DNA of 64,000 nt from Podarcis pityusensis (lineage: Eukaryota). Below the pieces are notes generated by a model, which saw only the letters and a list, made by a program, of their open reading frames with translations, did not search any database and was not told the DNA's origin. The first letter of the stretch is position 1. Each line of letters opens with the position of its first letter. The stretch lies in the NCBI GenBank assembly GCA_964106645.2, contig OZ067040.1, one strand, 5' to 3'. Positions 49,863-63,282 of the stretch are shown here, piece by piece. A program made the translations under genes and the position numbers.

Positions 49863-52704
49863 ATACAGTACCCCAATACACACGAACGTATTGAAACACC
49901 AGCTCTCCAAGTCAGACGTTCCCAAAACACAATCAGACAAAGAAAGAGTTTGTTGCAGTCTAAACCAAAAAAGTGCAGCTTTTACTTGCGAAATTAATAA
50001 AAAATTGTGAAAACTGTCATAGAGAAAGAAGGCTTAACTTAACACAAACTGGATTTATTTTAATTAAATTCATAGTTTTATTTTAAAAAGAACATGTAAA
50101 AACACAAGCTCTAAGACCCTTAACACCATCTGAAAAATTATTAAGCACAATGGGTAGAGGGGAGAAAGGATTAGTTTCTAAACTGTACTCTACATTGCTC
50201 AATGTAACTTATGGATCTATGCCACCCCTTAAAAAGATATGGGAACTGGATACTGGCACACAAATTATTCCCAAGGACTGGAATAAAACTTGGGCATCAT
50301 GACCCTAAAAATCTGTTTCTGGTTTCCTTAGGGAAAACTTAAAAATGTTACACAGATGGTGTTGCAAGCCTTTGCAAATGTCAAAAATATTTTGTTCTAT
50401 ATCACCTGACTGTTAGAGGGTTTGCAATAAACTTGGCACATATTATCATTTATAGCGGGAATGTCAGTTGGTGCAAAATTTAATTTAATTTTGAGAGAAA
50501 TGATAAATATCACTAAAGAAAATATTGTTTGTTGTCCAAAATTAATGTTACTGAATATTTTTGATGATACCAATGTAAATATATATTGTCAAAAGAACTA
50601 GTCTTATATATGATCTTGACAGCATGAATAGTAATTGCAACTCAATAGAAAACAGCCCAAATCTTACACTTTTGATACGATTTGGCATTGCTTTATGACA
50701 TATACAGCGGCACCATAATTTTCAAGACAACCTTTGTCACATCCCTGGCAAATCTGCAACTATAGATGATCTGGTAAAGTTGAAAGTCTTTACTTTGTTA
50801 TTTTAACTCATTCTACATTCCTATTTTATAGTTTTGTTTTTCATCCTTTTATTTTTTGTCTCTTGTTCTAACTGTTCCATATACATTATAAAATGAAGTA
50901 ATAATTACAAATACAGAATTACAAATTACAGAATTGTTCCAATTCTTACTGCAAATTACAAAAAGAAAGCCTGAACAGGCCAGTAGATTGCACAGACTAC
51001 AGCTCCTCAGGGATATAATTGATCCCCTTTCAAGGATGTGGTGGAGAAAGACAGAGGAAATTCTCAAACGTCTGTTCATCCCATATTTATCTGGGGGATA
51101 CCTTGCATTGTTATATGGCAAGGAAAGCCTGTCACATTTCTTTTAAAAAAGAAAAGCCAGTAAAACAATACAGAAAAACAAATGGTAGTAGCACAACCAC
51201 TATCATCACAGTAGCAGAGAGATCTGCTAACAGCCATCAGCTACCCTCAGTCAAAGGGTTTGCAAAAGAGCTCTTAAAGAGCTTGTGAAATGTACACAAT
51301 GGTGGGTCCAGACATGCTTTCCTGGGGAGGGCAGTCCAGAGCACTGGTGCCTTAACTGATATTGCCCTGTTCATTGTTCTCACCCACCGCATATGTGCTG
51401 TTGGGGAGATGCAAAGCAAGACCTCTGACGCTGATTGATCACTGAAGGAAATACATAGGAGAAAGCAATCCTTTAAGTACTTTTTATGACTTTCAAGTTT
51501 AAAAAACCCATCTTGGAAGCAAGTGTACCTTAAAAAGTGGTTGCTTCCACTGCCCACTGTTATATCTCTTCAGGTACTATTGTCTGATAACCTGAAACAG
51601 GGCTTTTTCATCAGGGGAGCCCTATCTTTGGTTCAGAAGGGCTCCTTCTGTTATTTTTTGTATGCCAGGTAAAGAATGTTTCATTTGCTCAGGCCTTTAT
51701 ATGCCTTTACTCTACTGATTCTGGTGTTTAGCAGGCAAGGGGACCTAGTGGTGTGCTTCCCTTCTGTGCCATCTTAGGAGATGAAAGTTCATTATGGAAT
51801 GGAAGTTAGCACCTAGTGCCCAAGCAGGATTGTTTCTTTTGCTTTCAGCCACTGAGTTTATCTTAGGCACACTGGATATTAAAATAAATTCTGCCAGACA
51901 GCTTTCTTGGATGAGGGCCGGGGTTACAAGACAGAAACCAGAACTATGCTTCAGGAGAACAAATGCACAGCCAATGGCCTGTTGCCTTTGCCTTAGCTCA
52001 CCTCCACACTTCTTTGTTTTGCCCTGACTGATTGATCAGTACTTTTCTTGATCCTGAGAACCAGGTTTGGATGAAACCTCTTGGCTGCATAATGCCTGGC
52101 ATGATCCCATGTCATGACTCTTGGGACAATCCCCAGGAATGAAAGCTAATCTCAGCCTTTTTGGACCTCGCCCAGGACTCTGTTTGACCTCACCTTCACT
52201 CTGTCACAGGAGGGCTGGCTCTTCATATGGTGCACGTAGTAAATGAAATAAATATCTGCCGCAAATACATATATAAGCACCAGCTGTCAGAGAGGACAGT
52301 TGAATTGCAGCTTCTTCAGTTCCTCTCCCCATTGTCTTTTATTTGGAATTGTTTGATATGAACACACTACTCAGAGCAGGATCTATTTCTTCCTGCATGC
52401 CTGTGCAATGCCTCTGGGGCGTGGGATGCTGGAGGCTGTGTTCATTGTGCTTTGTCTTGCTCTCAGGGAAAGATTATGGCTATATTCTGAATGGGTGTGG
52501 AGGTGGGGAAAGTTCAGGGCTGCTTCTGCCCTCATTCTATCCCATCATTCAGCAATCTGTTCATGAGAAGGCTCTCTTGCCACAGAAGCACTGAGCCTTC
52601 TCAGCCAGGCAGTATAGTAACAATGGGAAGCAAAGGAAATGTAAAGATTCTTAAAGAATCCCAACTTTTTTAGTAAATTGAACTGTGTTAGTTAAGCTCT
52701 AGGG

Positions 52705-52840
52705 CAGTGTTTCCCAAACTTGGGTCTCTAGCTGTTGTTGGACTATAATTCCCATCATCTCTAGCTAGCAGGATTGGTGGTCAGGGATGATAGGAATTGT
52801 AGTTTAACAATAGCTGGAGATCCAAGTTTGTAAAAGTTTG
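52705..52840. mobile_element. hAT-type MITE, related family
   Basis: cagtgtttcccaaacttgg ... ccaagtttg ends, palindromic interior ggactataattcccatcatc / gatgataggaattgtagt. Confidence 0.7.
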
Positions 52841-53658
52841 CTCTGAATAACAAAAGCTGCAGTTGACAACCCTTCTGCATGCTTGAATGGAAGCATGATT
52901 TAGTGTATTTGCACTAAATTACCATTTAAAAATTACCATTAATCATGACAGCTGTGGGAGAGGAGAGGAGAGGAGAACCCAAGAAGCTCAACTTTGCTGG
53001 AGATCTTCAAAGCAAAATGCAGGACATTCTGTTTTAAAACAACTTAAGAATGCTTCTCTAATAACTTTTGACCAAAGAGAAGACCATCTTCTCAGTTTCT
53101 AAATTGCTTCATGAGAACACCGAGCTGAGAACACTTCATACAACTTCAGACCACAACCCTCAAATTACTTGTAAATTCCAAGGACCCCCAAACCAAAGGA
53201 GCATGTGATATCACTTCCTGTTGGACAACTCAAGTCTTATTCATTACAAGGCAAATAAAAATGTTATGATGTAACTATTTTGCAGCAATTACGTTTCTCC
53301 GTTGAAATTAGAGGAAGCATTTGAATTCATAAACAAACAAACAAAACTTGCTTATTAATAAAGCTTTAGATCTCAAGACGGGAATGCATTGGGTGGGATG
53401 TATGTTATGTTAGATCTCACTCATTTTAAAATAGGCAAAAAGCACCCTCTGTTGGGAAACATGAAAAATGACTTTGAACGCAATTCTTAAGAAACTGACT
53501 GGCTTACAACACATGATCTATAAGCTGAAAAAGGAGGGCCAACCCAATCACTTTTCCTTGGGGGTCTAGACTACTAAGGAGCTCACGTCACAATATTCTT
53601 ACGGTTAGTTTTCATTTTACAATACAGAATTCTAAAAACTCAGAAAGGTCCTTCTTAC

Positions 53659-55133
53659 CTTAAATACGTTCAGCTGCTGATTTATCATCTCAATTTCCAT
53701 TCCAACAGAACCCTGTGACTCTTCATGCTCTTCAACTTCCCCAAGCAGTTTAGAAAACCCCTTTAGTTTACTGTAGAACTCTTCAACGCGGCTAATAGTC
53801 CCTTCAATCTGTTCATCTCTGGCTTTTGCTCTGTCTAGCAACTTGTTGCACTGCTTATTTAAAGCCTCCAAGTCCCTTTTTATACCTGCAAGATCTGGAG
53901 AAGCTTCAGCTTCATTTGCTAGCATCATTTTGCAGGTATTATTTGCATTTTCATTACTGGTTATGAGTTCCTCCAACTTTTTCAGGAAAGTTTTTATATC
54001 CTTTCGCTGTGACTGCAGTGTGACAAGATCCCTACCCACAGAATCCATGCTGTCCAATTCATCGTCGAACTCTGCAAACTGAGAAAACATCTCTCGGATG
54101 CTGTTTTGGAAATGGCCAATTCCCTGGAGTTTAGTCTCCAGAAATGAACATTTATCTTCAACCTGCTGACTGATGGTGCTGAATTCTTCTTCTAACGTTT
54201 CTGCCTGCAACAAGAGGTCAGAGACACCTGATGAATCTGAAGCATCTGCCACCAGTTCTTGGGCAAGCTTTTTTGTAAGGTCCACTTGAGCCTTCACGGC
54301 CTGGAGTGTTTTCTGCTGAGCCTGCATAATCGTCAAGTGTTTGTTACTGTAAGTCTGGGGTTTGAGAGAATCGTGTGTTTCCAGCTGTTCTCTGGCATTC
54401 TTCAGCTGCTCTTCAACATCCTTTGATGACTCTTGAAACTCTTTCAGTCTCTGAGACATCTTTTCCAGACAATCTCTCTTAGCATGCAGTTGTTCTGTGA
54501 CTATATCCATGTTCTGGATCAGCAGTGTCTTCTCCTCTTCAATAATGTCTTTGTCTGTCTGACAGGCACTGAGTAATGTCTCAGCTGCATTACTTAATAG
54601 CTCCACCAACCCTTGGTGTTTGTCTAGGTCCTTCTGCCAGCTCTTCACCTGAGCGATGGAATTCTCTAGCCGAGCAGGATCTATGCTCATTTCTATTTGA
54701 GAGATATTGCTTTGGCATTTCGCTATCCAGGGTTGTAGGTTTTCTACATGCTCTCTGTATCTAAGGGCTTTTTCCAAACAATCATTTAATTTATCTTGCC
54801 TTTCTTTAACTTGCTTGTTCATTTCATCCCAGTTACCTCTGAGCAAGTTCAGCTGGGCCTGCAGCTCAGCCTTCTCTGCTCCCTGAGTCTTTTGGAGTAA
54901 ACTTTCGCCTTCTGTGATGATTTTTTCATAAGAACCAGTCTGGTCAGACAAGACAGCCTTGAACTCTTTCTGATCATCAATTAATGTCCACAGAGACTCC
55001 AGCTTGGTAGAGATGGGACACGGCTGATTCTGTTCTTCCTTCTTTTTGTCCAGCCAGGCCTGAAAGTCCTTAGACATTTGCTGGAACTGATGAGAACTAA
55101 CATAAGTTGACTGAAGTTGCTCAATGTGATTGC
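53659..55133 (-). CDS. DST: DST large rod exon ([10 protein letters not shown]...QQLNVFK), 1,475 nt, phase 1-0
   Basis: cag|GC acceptor, AAG|gtaaga donor, 491 codons of spectrin repeats. Confidence 0.94.
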
Positions 55134-55654
55134 CTGCAGAAGACAAACAAACAAACAAACAAACAAAAGTTATTAAAATCCGTGTCTTTGAGTGGCTTCT
55201 AACTAGGATTTTGGTTGATGTTATTTCAATCAAGGAGAAACATTATGTTATAGGAAAATGCACCCTATTGCAATTTGAGATGTTTTATTAAACATTATTC
55301 TTCATTGGAGCTTGTTAGCTGATGGGTTTATTGAAGACCACCAGCTTGGAAAATAATAGTATTGCAGCCTAAAATAATAACCCCTTGATAATAATAATAA
55401 TCCCTTGACAACAAGAGATTCTTGAGGGTGGGGAACTAAACAGGTAACCAGGATAGTATGATCACTAGCGCCACTATAAACATCACAAACATAAACGACA
55501 TGCACTATGAAAAGTAAAGCTTGCAGTAATCCCTCAACAGTCATTGAGATAAAATGCTTCCAAATATCACTGCCAGTCCTGTTACAACTTTACAGAACTC
55601 CTGTTGGGACTCCCTTGTTGAGTCTGAAACAACGCCCCCCCCCCCCCCAAGTAA

Positions 55655-55910
55655 GGGCTCATCCATACTTGTCCTGTGCCTAGAAAGCACGGGTCCAAGC
55701 AGTTTTCTGCTTGCCTAGCTAATTCAGTTTCCATGCCTGGAAAGCATGGATCCAAGCAGCTTTGCCCTGTCACTTTCCCCTGGAAAACCCGCCCTTTAGT
55801 GCTAAACGGAACAAATGGCAATCAGGTTTTGCCGTTTGTTCTGTTTCAGCGCTAAACCGCCAATTTCTCCAGGGGAAAGCAGCAGGGCATATAGAAGTGT
55901 GGATGAACCC
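55655..55910. mobile_element. PIF/Harbinger-type MITE
   Basis: TIRs gggctcatccatactt / aagtgtggatgaaccc, TAA on both flanks. A related partial copy lies near 33640-33710. Confidence 0.8.
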
Positions 55911-56288
55911 TAAGCCTGTCTGAAACTGTGGCACGGTCAAGAAAAATACACAAAGGTTGGAGAAATATATGTATTTTCCCTACATAAATTTCACACAGAA
56001 GCATTAATTTACAATGTGTGAATCACTCACTGGTAAACACATATACAATCTACTGTCAATCACATGGCATTTGATATCTTAAAAAATTCAAATAACTGGC
56101 ATAGTCTATAAATATGCAGCTATTCTCACCCACCCATTCATAGAATCTAGGCCCTCAATATCATCTTATCTCATTTGATGTGGTTTATTTATTGTTTATG
56201 ACTTTTGTAATTATGTAAATCTTGTCATGCTGTAAGCCACCTTGAGCATTGGTTTTTTAACTGTGGAAAGGTGGCATACAAATAAAAA

Positions 56289-56321
<33 letters not shown>
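56289..56321. repeat. (ATG)11 microsatellite, probable tail of an L2/SINE 3' end
   Basis: Direct reading; preceded by tgtaagccaccttgag...gaaaggtggcatacaaat. Confidence 0.85.
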
Positions 56322-56330
56322 TTAACGAAC

Positions 56331-56826
56331 CTGCTTTTTGTTCCATATCGTGAAAGGGTTTTAAGATGCCATCCAATTGCCTAGCTAGTTCAGCTTTCAA
56401 GTAATCTTCTGCCACCAGTGCGGACAATTCCTCGCACAGAACTTGAGCAGCCTTTCTCTTTGGCATTTCCCGTTCAATTTCTTCTTTCACTTCTCTGGCC
56501 ACTTCCAGTTGCCGTTTCACAGAATCAGGGTCTGTACTTATAGCCAGGCTGCTGTTGAGTTTATCATCCAAGACACTAAGCTTCTCAGAAAGGCTTTTCA
56601 GGCAGCTTTGATATTCTGTGCTTTTGACAATGGCTTGGTCGATTCGGTTGCATCGGTCACTCAGCTGTCCGGTTAAGCCATCCCATTTCTGCGCCACAGC
56701 GGCCAGTTGCTGCTTCACCATTTCGTGAGACGGTGGGTGTTCACCTGGTCTCTTCATTATCCCTTGTCCTGCTGTATTCAGCTGCTCATATTGGGGTTTT
56801 CGAGTGTCAAACTCATTGAGCAGAAT
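56331..56826 (-). CDS. DST: DST exon ([16 protein letters not shown]...MEQKA), 496 nt, phase 0-1
   Basis: cag|ATT acceptor, GCAG|gttcgt donor. Confidence 0.92.
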
Positions 56827-58182
56827 CTGATGAGAGAAAGTAATTTCAGGAAAGTGTAAGGAAAAAACAGATATCACAAACTGTACTAGCCGTTTACCTA
56901 GTGTAGCATCCTAGGCTGATGAGTACATGAAATAGCTCTTGGTCGTAAAAATAAAAGGCATTCTGCCAGTATCGCTTTAAGGTAGGTTAATATATTCATA
57001 TTTATCCCTTACGTCTGGTTCAGACAACCTGCTGATCCAGTACTGCAACCCATGATGTGGAAGAGCAGGTGCACCCTGTGTCAACTCCACCATGCATATA
57101 CTATCACTAAGGATAAAGAGGCACCTTGGAAAACATCTGATTTGCATGACCTAATCTCCTGCTTTGAGACACATGTTAAATCAATCAACCTGAGCATTGA
57201 CACGTGTGGATGAAGCAGTCTCCACAGATCAAATACCGTGGTTTTTATCACATCAGACATCATCTCAAACAATACTTCTCAATTAAAGTGCACATGTTCA
57301 TTTCACTGCAGTTTGTGGAACCATGAATGTTGAGAGCCAAACAAGCCCCTACAGCCCACTGCTCCAAGGTTTTACTATGTCTAGTCATTAGCTTTCCCGC
57401 TTGACTTCTAAAAGCAGAAGAAAACTTCTTAGAAGACAGTTCTAAGAGCAGAAGACCATCAAATGAGTGCTTCCAGTTGCATATCTGTCAAAATAATGGG
57501 AAGTGGGTAGGGGTGGGTACTTGGTGGGGAGGAGTGGTGGGTAGGGGTGCTCAACCTCTCCCACATGTCCTCATTCTCCCCTGCAAAAACCAAACAAATC
57601 CAGGTTGTTTTTCCCCCCCAGTCAAAGCTCACACCTGATTTTGGAAGCCTGTGTGTGTGCTGAAGGGGGAAATTATATGTGGGAGTATTTGGAAGGAAGA
57701 ATCAGTGAGTGGGCAAAAGATTAAGCACCTCCTACTGCACTTCCAAGTGTCATCACATACCATGCAACAACATTAGGAAGAAAAGACAACAGTGAGACCC
57801 CATATTTCCTTTCCAATATCTATACTGGTCGTGAGTGTGGAATATTTTGCAATTCACGTGTGATTAATACTTGCTTATATATGCACAGGGTCATAGAAGA
57901 AAGGTGCTGCCATTCATTTCCCCCTGCTAAAAACTTTAACCTCTAGCTGCACTTCTCTCACCACACAGAAGCCCTTTTTTGTCATTATTAACATTATTAG
58001 TTCCATATTTTTTTGTTTAGAAAACTGATTCTTGTTTGGTGCCTTCATATTTGTTTTCAGAACTACACTCCGCCAAAAAAAGGATAAACCAAACTGGTGA
58101 TGGGTCCACAATAGCAGTGTTTTCAATCCAGGAAGCACAAGCATCTTTCTACAAATAATATGCAATGGGACCAAATGCTCAC

Positions 58183-58382
58183 CTGAACTTGCTGCTTCTG
58201 CGTGTTCAACATATTTGGGTCAATTGACAGTGGTCCAAGCACGCTGACCATTAATTCTTTTTCTACCAGCCACTGTTTTAACTGAGCCTCGGTTGCCTGG
58301 AACTGGGTCAGGTAATTTGATGACTCTTCCAGTTTTTTCTGTCTATCAGTTGTTACCTGGCTGAGTTCCCTCCATTTGGAAT
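58183..58382 (-). CDS. DST: DST exon (SKWRELSQV...[19 protein letters not shown]), 200 nt, phase 1-0
   Basis: cag|AT acceptor, CAG|gtgagc donor. Confidence 0.92.
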
Positions 58383-59132
58383 CTGTGAAAAAATGAATGG
58401 AATATTTTGTAAAACTGCATGATAATCGTAGTAATTTCATATGAAATAGTCAAACAAATAAAGAATGGCAGTGCTTTGCTGTAGACATGCAGATGGTTCC
58501 CGCTATACTTCTCTACTAGAACAAGGGGGAGGAACAAACCATGATCCCTGGGCTTAGCTTTACACCCAACCTGGGGGTCTTGGTTTGGTTTGCTCACATA
58601 GGCCACAATCAAGAAACCAAGAACAAGCTTTGGCAAACAAACAGCAGAGCTTTTTTTCAAATGCCAAGCTGGGGATTCTGATTTCGCAAGTGGGAGGAAC
58701 AAACCACAAGCCCTGGCTTAATATTATATAAAAACCAGGGATGGTGCGTTTGTTTCAGTCCAAACAAACCACAATGAAAAGCCAAGGTTTATGCTTGACT
58801 TCCGAATTGTGGTTTGTTTGAGTTAAGCAAACCAAAATCCCTGGGTTGGATGCAACGTTAAGCCATGGATGATAGTTCCCATGAGCTGTTTTATCCTGAC
58901 ATGTGGCTGTGGCCAATGCCTTTTAAAATATAAGATCTGATAGGATAGACCAAACCTCATAATCCAGTAGTCATGTATGAACAAAAGCATGTCCAGAAGA
59001 GTTTTCTAGTATGTCATGTGGATGAGGTGCAATCCTTCTCTCCAAAGCTCACAGACATTCAATCTATGGTTTGTTTTGCCAAATGTTAGATCATTGACCC
59101 TCTCCTACACTGCAAAATAAAACCTGCCATAC

Positions 59133-59262
59133 CTATTTTATCCAACATCTGTTTCCATTTCGGTGCCTCATGAGAGTCTGGGTTCTTCTCCAATAGCTCT
59201 GTCACTCTATCCTTCAGTTCTTGCACTTTATTCTCATTCTGTTTCAATTCTGTTTCAAATAG
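59133..59262 (-). CDS. DST: DST exon ([16 protein letters not shown]...MLDKI), 130 nt, phase 0-1
   Basis: tag|CTA acceptor, ATAG|gtatgg donor. Confidence 0.9.
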
Positions 59263-59589
59263 CTATGAAGAATGAACATGTTAGACTTGAGAATACATAA
59301 AAAACAAAGTTTTTGGCAGAAGCAGTGTTTCATTGAGATGATCTCTTAATCTGTTTAGGCAGCTCTGATACATTTTATCCCAGGTATGCAATCTGACTTC
59401 TGATCCTATGCCTGATAAGACGTTTTTTATTGTATTTCCATAAGGCGTCAGTACAAAGTGCTAATATATGGTTGCACTGTTACATACATTATTAAACAGA
59501 CCCTGTCCATTAATATGAACAGGAAGCTCATTTTAAAAATTAATTATGCTTAATTGATAGTTTTGAACAGAGGGGGAGACAGAAACTAC

Positions 59590-59825
59590 CTTGTGTTGAT
59601 CGACTTGCTCTTTAACAGCCTCACTGTCAATAAGAGTTGCTTCCCATTTGGCTGCAGCAGTGTCCATATTCTGTAACCATTCCATCATTGAATTTGATTC
59701 TCTTTGAATGTTTTGCATATTTGAAAGAGTGGATTCCAGTTCTGATCTTTTTTCCTTCAGTACAGCTCCCAAATCATCATAACTATGGCTTACAGTTGAC
59801 ATGTTGTGTTGGACAGTGGTCACTT
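59590..59825 (-). CDS. DST: DST exon (VTTVQHNMSTV...VDQHK), 236 nt, phase 1-0
   Basis: cag|AA acceptor, AAG|gtagtt donor. Confidence 0.88.
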
Positions 59826-61103
59826 CTGCAAGAGAGGTGGACATACATTATTATTTTGATTCTAGTCATGACAGCAAGAAAAGATGCAAATATTATACAT
59901 TAAAAGTTTTTAATCCTTCCATGAAATAATAACTAGAATAATTGGTTACAGTCATTTCTTTCCTACAAAGTTGACACCCCAATATTAGTAGATTAAGAAA
60001 GAATGAACCAGTCACCAGGCTGATGACAGTGGATTTATTTATTTTTTTTGTACAGAAATACAGTATTGTATAAGGACTTCTGAAAGAAAATCCTGCATGA
60101 AGACAAGCATTATTTTGGTTTCTAATTTACAGGTTTTGGAACACAGCTAGTTATCACCATCCTAATTTCAACATCTGATTTCTTAGAAAAACTGAGGTGT
60201 TCCAGAGCCTGTTATAGTACGATGTGTGCATGTTAATTTTTATTAAAACACACCTTAAAAACCATGCCTGTTAATTTTAAATATATACTTCCGTTGTTTT
60301 CTGTTAACACATGCAAAAGATTCAAGAATGAGGCTCAGGATAATAACAGCTAGGCAAGCCAAACACAATAATATAAGAGGTTAGTCTGTCTGGGGCCTTT
60401 CTGAATTCCACCCCTATTTGGATGGTTCCCATGTTCTAACTCAAGGCCAAAGTAGAGGCAAAATGGGAGATACATGGAGTGTCTTCTAATTTTATTTTCC
60501 CCTTAAGGGCAACTGTGGAACTCCAAATTGGACTGGAATAGTTAGTGGGAAAAGGGGGATCTGTCTTTTTTCAATTAACATCACCCCCCGCTGCCCCAGT
60601 TGCTTCCCTCCTCCCTTTTAGATGAAGTAAAGTTCAAATGAATGGTGTGAGAGACTCCACATATCTCCAATGTCACATCTACTTTGGCTCTCCAGTATAA
60701 GCAGCTTCTTATATTCATATGTTATCTTGGGTCACTTGATAGTCAAGTCACTTCTTAAAAACAGTGAACTCCACCTACTAGAGATAACAACCTTGCTACT
60801 GTTGCTACTCATGATTACTTCTTAATGGATTAAAAAGCCAGGAAATAACTCCTTATCTTGTCTTGGCTCTCAATTAACCACAATCATTGGTTCACCCACT
60901 GAAACCAGACAGAAGTTGAATTAACCAGATGCATGCATATACATATACATCAACATCGACATCGACATGTCAAAGTGTAGAAGACCCCAGCTAAATAGGG
61001 GGTCTTGACTGTTACTTAGAAAATTCTATTAAAATGGGACAAATTATAAACATCTTATGCTTGCTTATAAGATTTATGTATTAAGTGAGCCATTATTAGT
61101 CAC

Positions 61104-61172
61104 CTTTGTTTGTTAGGAATCCCTGGGTACCTGTAGCTGCTCCTTCACCATTTAATACTGTTCCACTTACAG
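61104..61172 (-). CDS. DST: Small DST linker exon (VSGTVLNGEGAATGTQGFLTNK), 69 nt, phase 1-1
   Basis: ctctctctttcag|CT acceptor, AAAG|gtgact donor, phase matches the next exon. Confidence 0.75.
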
Positions 61173-63217
61173 CTGAAAGAGAGAGATTAGAGATTTAGAG
61201 CAGGATTCAACTAATGAATTCAGTCAGCAGAAGCCCTGAGCAAGGACTTCCATTTGTACTATGGAGTCTCCCCCACACATGTTCCCCAACTAGCTCAGGG
61301 CAGTTCAAGAGAACCCCTGGAACAGTAAGCAGGGGAGAGGAGGGATCATTCCATCTGGCAAGCTTGCCCTGATGGAACAATCACCATAATGCAATGTTGG
61401 GTTCTTCTGTCATTGTTCAGACACTATGGAAGTATTTGATCCCTTTTCAAACCAATTTAAGGGCCAAACTAGATGTGGCATAGGCAGGTGAAAAGCTCTT
61501 CCATTGCATTTTAGAAGAACAGCCTCGGAGATGTGTGTGTCTGACTGGAATCATGGTGCTAGGAAGTAATGGTTTAACCCTTTCTCCAGTGCCATTTCCC
61601 CCATGAAAATCACCCCCATCGAAGCTGCTATTTGCTCCATGTGGGGTAATGTTCAGATACCATCACCCATAGTTAATGCTAAATGTTTAGGTCCAGACAA
61701 TACAATAAATTGTGGGGAAAGGGGAGCATGTGAGAACAAGGCTCACCTAGGCTCATTTATGTTATGGTAAATTATGGTTTAGTGTGACATGTGAATGCAG
61801 TCATAGCATGACTTGCCTAAAGCACCCAGTGAGTCAATGGATGAGCAGTGTGTTGAAGCCAATTCTTTCTTTTATTTTTATTTATAAAAATATTTGTATA
61901 CTGCATATTTGTGTGTGAGTGAGAGAGGGAGATTTACAACAATAAAAACGTAAAACCAAGGTCTAAGACTGTCATGTGTGTCACACTGGTCTTAGTGGTT
62001 TAAGAGTAGACTAGTTGTAAGTGGGATCTTCGTAACAACAAAATTTTTAGGATATTTTTACAAAATCAGTCCCAAATCAGCTCAACCGAAGTGCTGTCAT
62101 AACTGTAAACATAAAGATACATGCTAATATCATCATGACATTATAACTTTGGCAGAAATACTTGTGTACAAAGCCTTTTGTGAGAAGCTGCCCTAAGCAT
62201 AAAATAACACTGCTGCAGACTAATTGTGAAAGGCACATGTATCCATTATTAGCAGCTTGGAATTTGGAGCCCAATCACTCTCTGATTGCAGATTGCCCGT
62301 TCTAAACATTTTAAAGCAAAATATAATACATATTTGTGCCCAGCATAACTGAATTGGTATAAACAGAACTTGTTCTGAGCTGTTATCAGTAGCCATGTCT
62401 AAAATCTTGAATGAAACGTGCCTTAAGTCAGCAGTTCACAATATTTCATGTAGTTGCAGTTCTGTGATTCCATGCATTGTGGAACAAGGACCCCAAAACA
62501 TTTGTGGTACACTGATTTAGAACAGACAAAATGCAGAATGAGAGGGTTTCCAAAGTTAAATTTTGGTGTAAAACTTTGTTTTCTGTTTACAGATTTTCCA
62601 CACTGTGAAATTAACTTCAGAAACCCTGCCCCCCTTTTAGCTGTTCCACAGGCAATTTCATGATTACCCATTATTTATGAAGGGAATAAGAGCGCTAAGT
62701 AGAATCTACTGTATGTCTATGTAAGTAGAGAGCCTGAAGATGATTACTTAATGGAGTAGAATTAATGGTTGCCTTGGAGAAGGCCAAGCATTCACCCCTC
62801 ACCACCAGCTGGAAAGTGAGTGCTAGCCTAATGGCAGCTGGGAAATGGTGAGAGCAAGTAAGTCAGCCAAGTAAGTGAGATGGTCACATACTAAGATATC
62901 GAGACTTTTCTATATTTCCCATGAGGGAAACATTTATCATTGGCACAAAACTCAGGGTACTTGCACTCACTCATAACGAACTCAATAAAGAAATGATTAA
63001 CACATTTAGTAAGCAAGTTCTTAACATTATTTCAAGTACACAAAGTTCTGTTGGTACAAATACTAAAAATTACTGACTGCAGCTTAACAACTTGGGACCA
63101 ATATACTTAAAGAATTGCCCTACCCCAAATGTGCCTATTTGCTTACTTCACATTTACAAGTGCCACACAATGTTCATTCGACATTTAAGAGAAATCATTC
63201 CTTTAGCATAGCAGCAC

Positions 63218-63282
63218 CTGTCTTCTGAAACTCCCTGTCTGTTGGCATTAAGCAGGTTCCTTCACAATACTGTTTTATATAC
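63218..63282 (-). CDS. DST: Tentative small DST exon (YIKQYCEGTCLMPTDREFQKT), 65 nt, phase 2-1
   Basis: ttttcagtag|G acceptor, ACAG|gtgctg (weak) donor, open frame, phase compatible with the 61172 exon. Confidence 0.5.

Larger units (their letters stand above)
197..63282 (-). other. DST: Dystonin (BPAG1) gene, partial: spectrin-repeat rod region, continues beyond both window ends
   Basis: 30-31 GT-AG exons joining in consistent phase into an open spectrin-repeat polypeptide. Peptides such as [44 protein letters not shown] and [14 protein letters not shown] match DST as I recall it better than MACF1. Confidence 0.93.

Noticed and set aside
50100-51150. Possible ancient plus-strand L1 relic (also ~6120-6650)
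   Set aside because: Only faint peptide resemblance (LFQFL, GG.LAL); too degraded to delimit without alignment
197-63282. Gene as MACF1 rather than DST, given the KIAA0754-like exon
   Set aside because: Rod peptides match DST wording as recalled (e.g. [17 protein letters not shown] versus MACF1 REMFSQLADLDDELDGM). Reciprocal BLAST would confirm.
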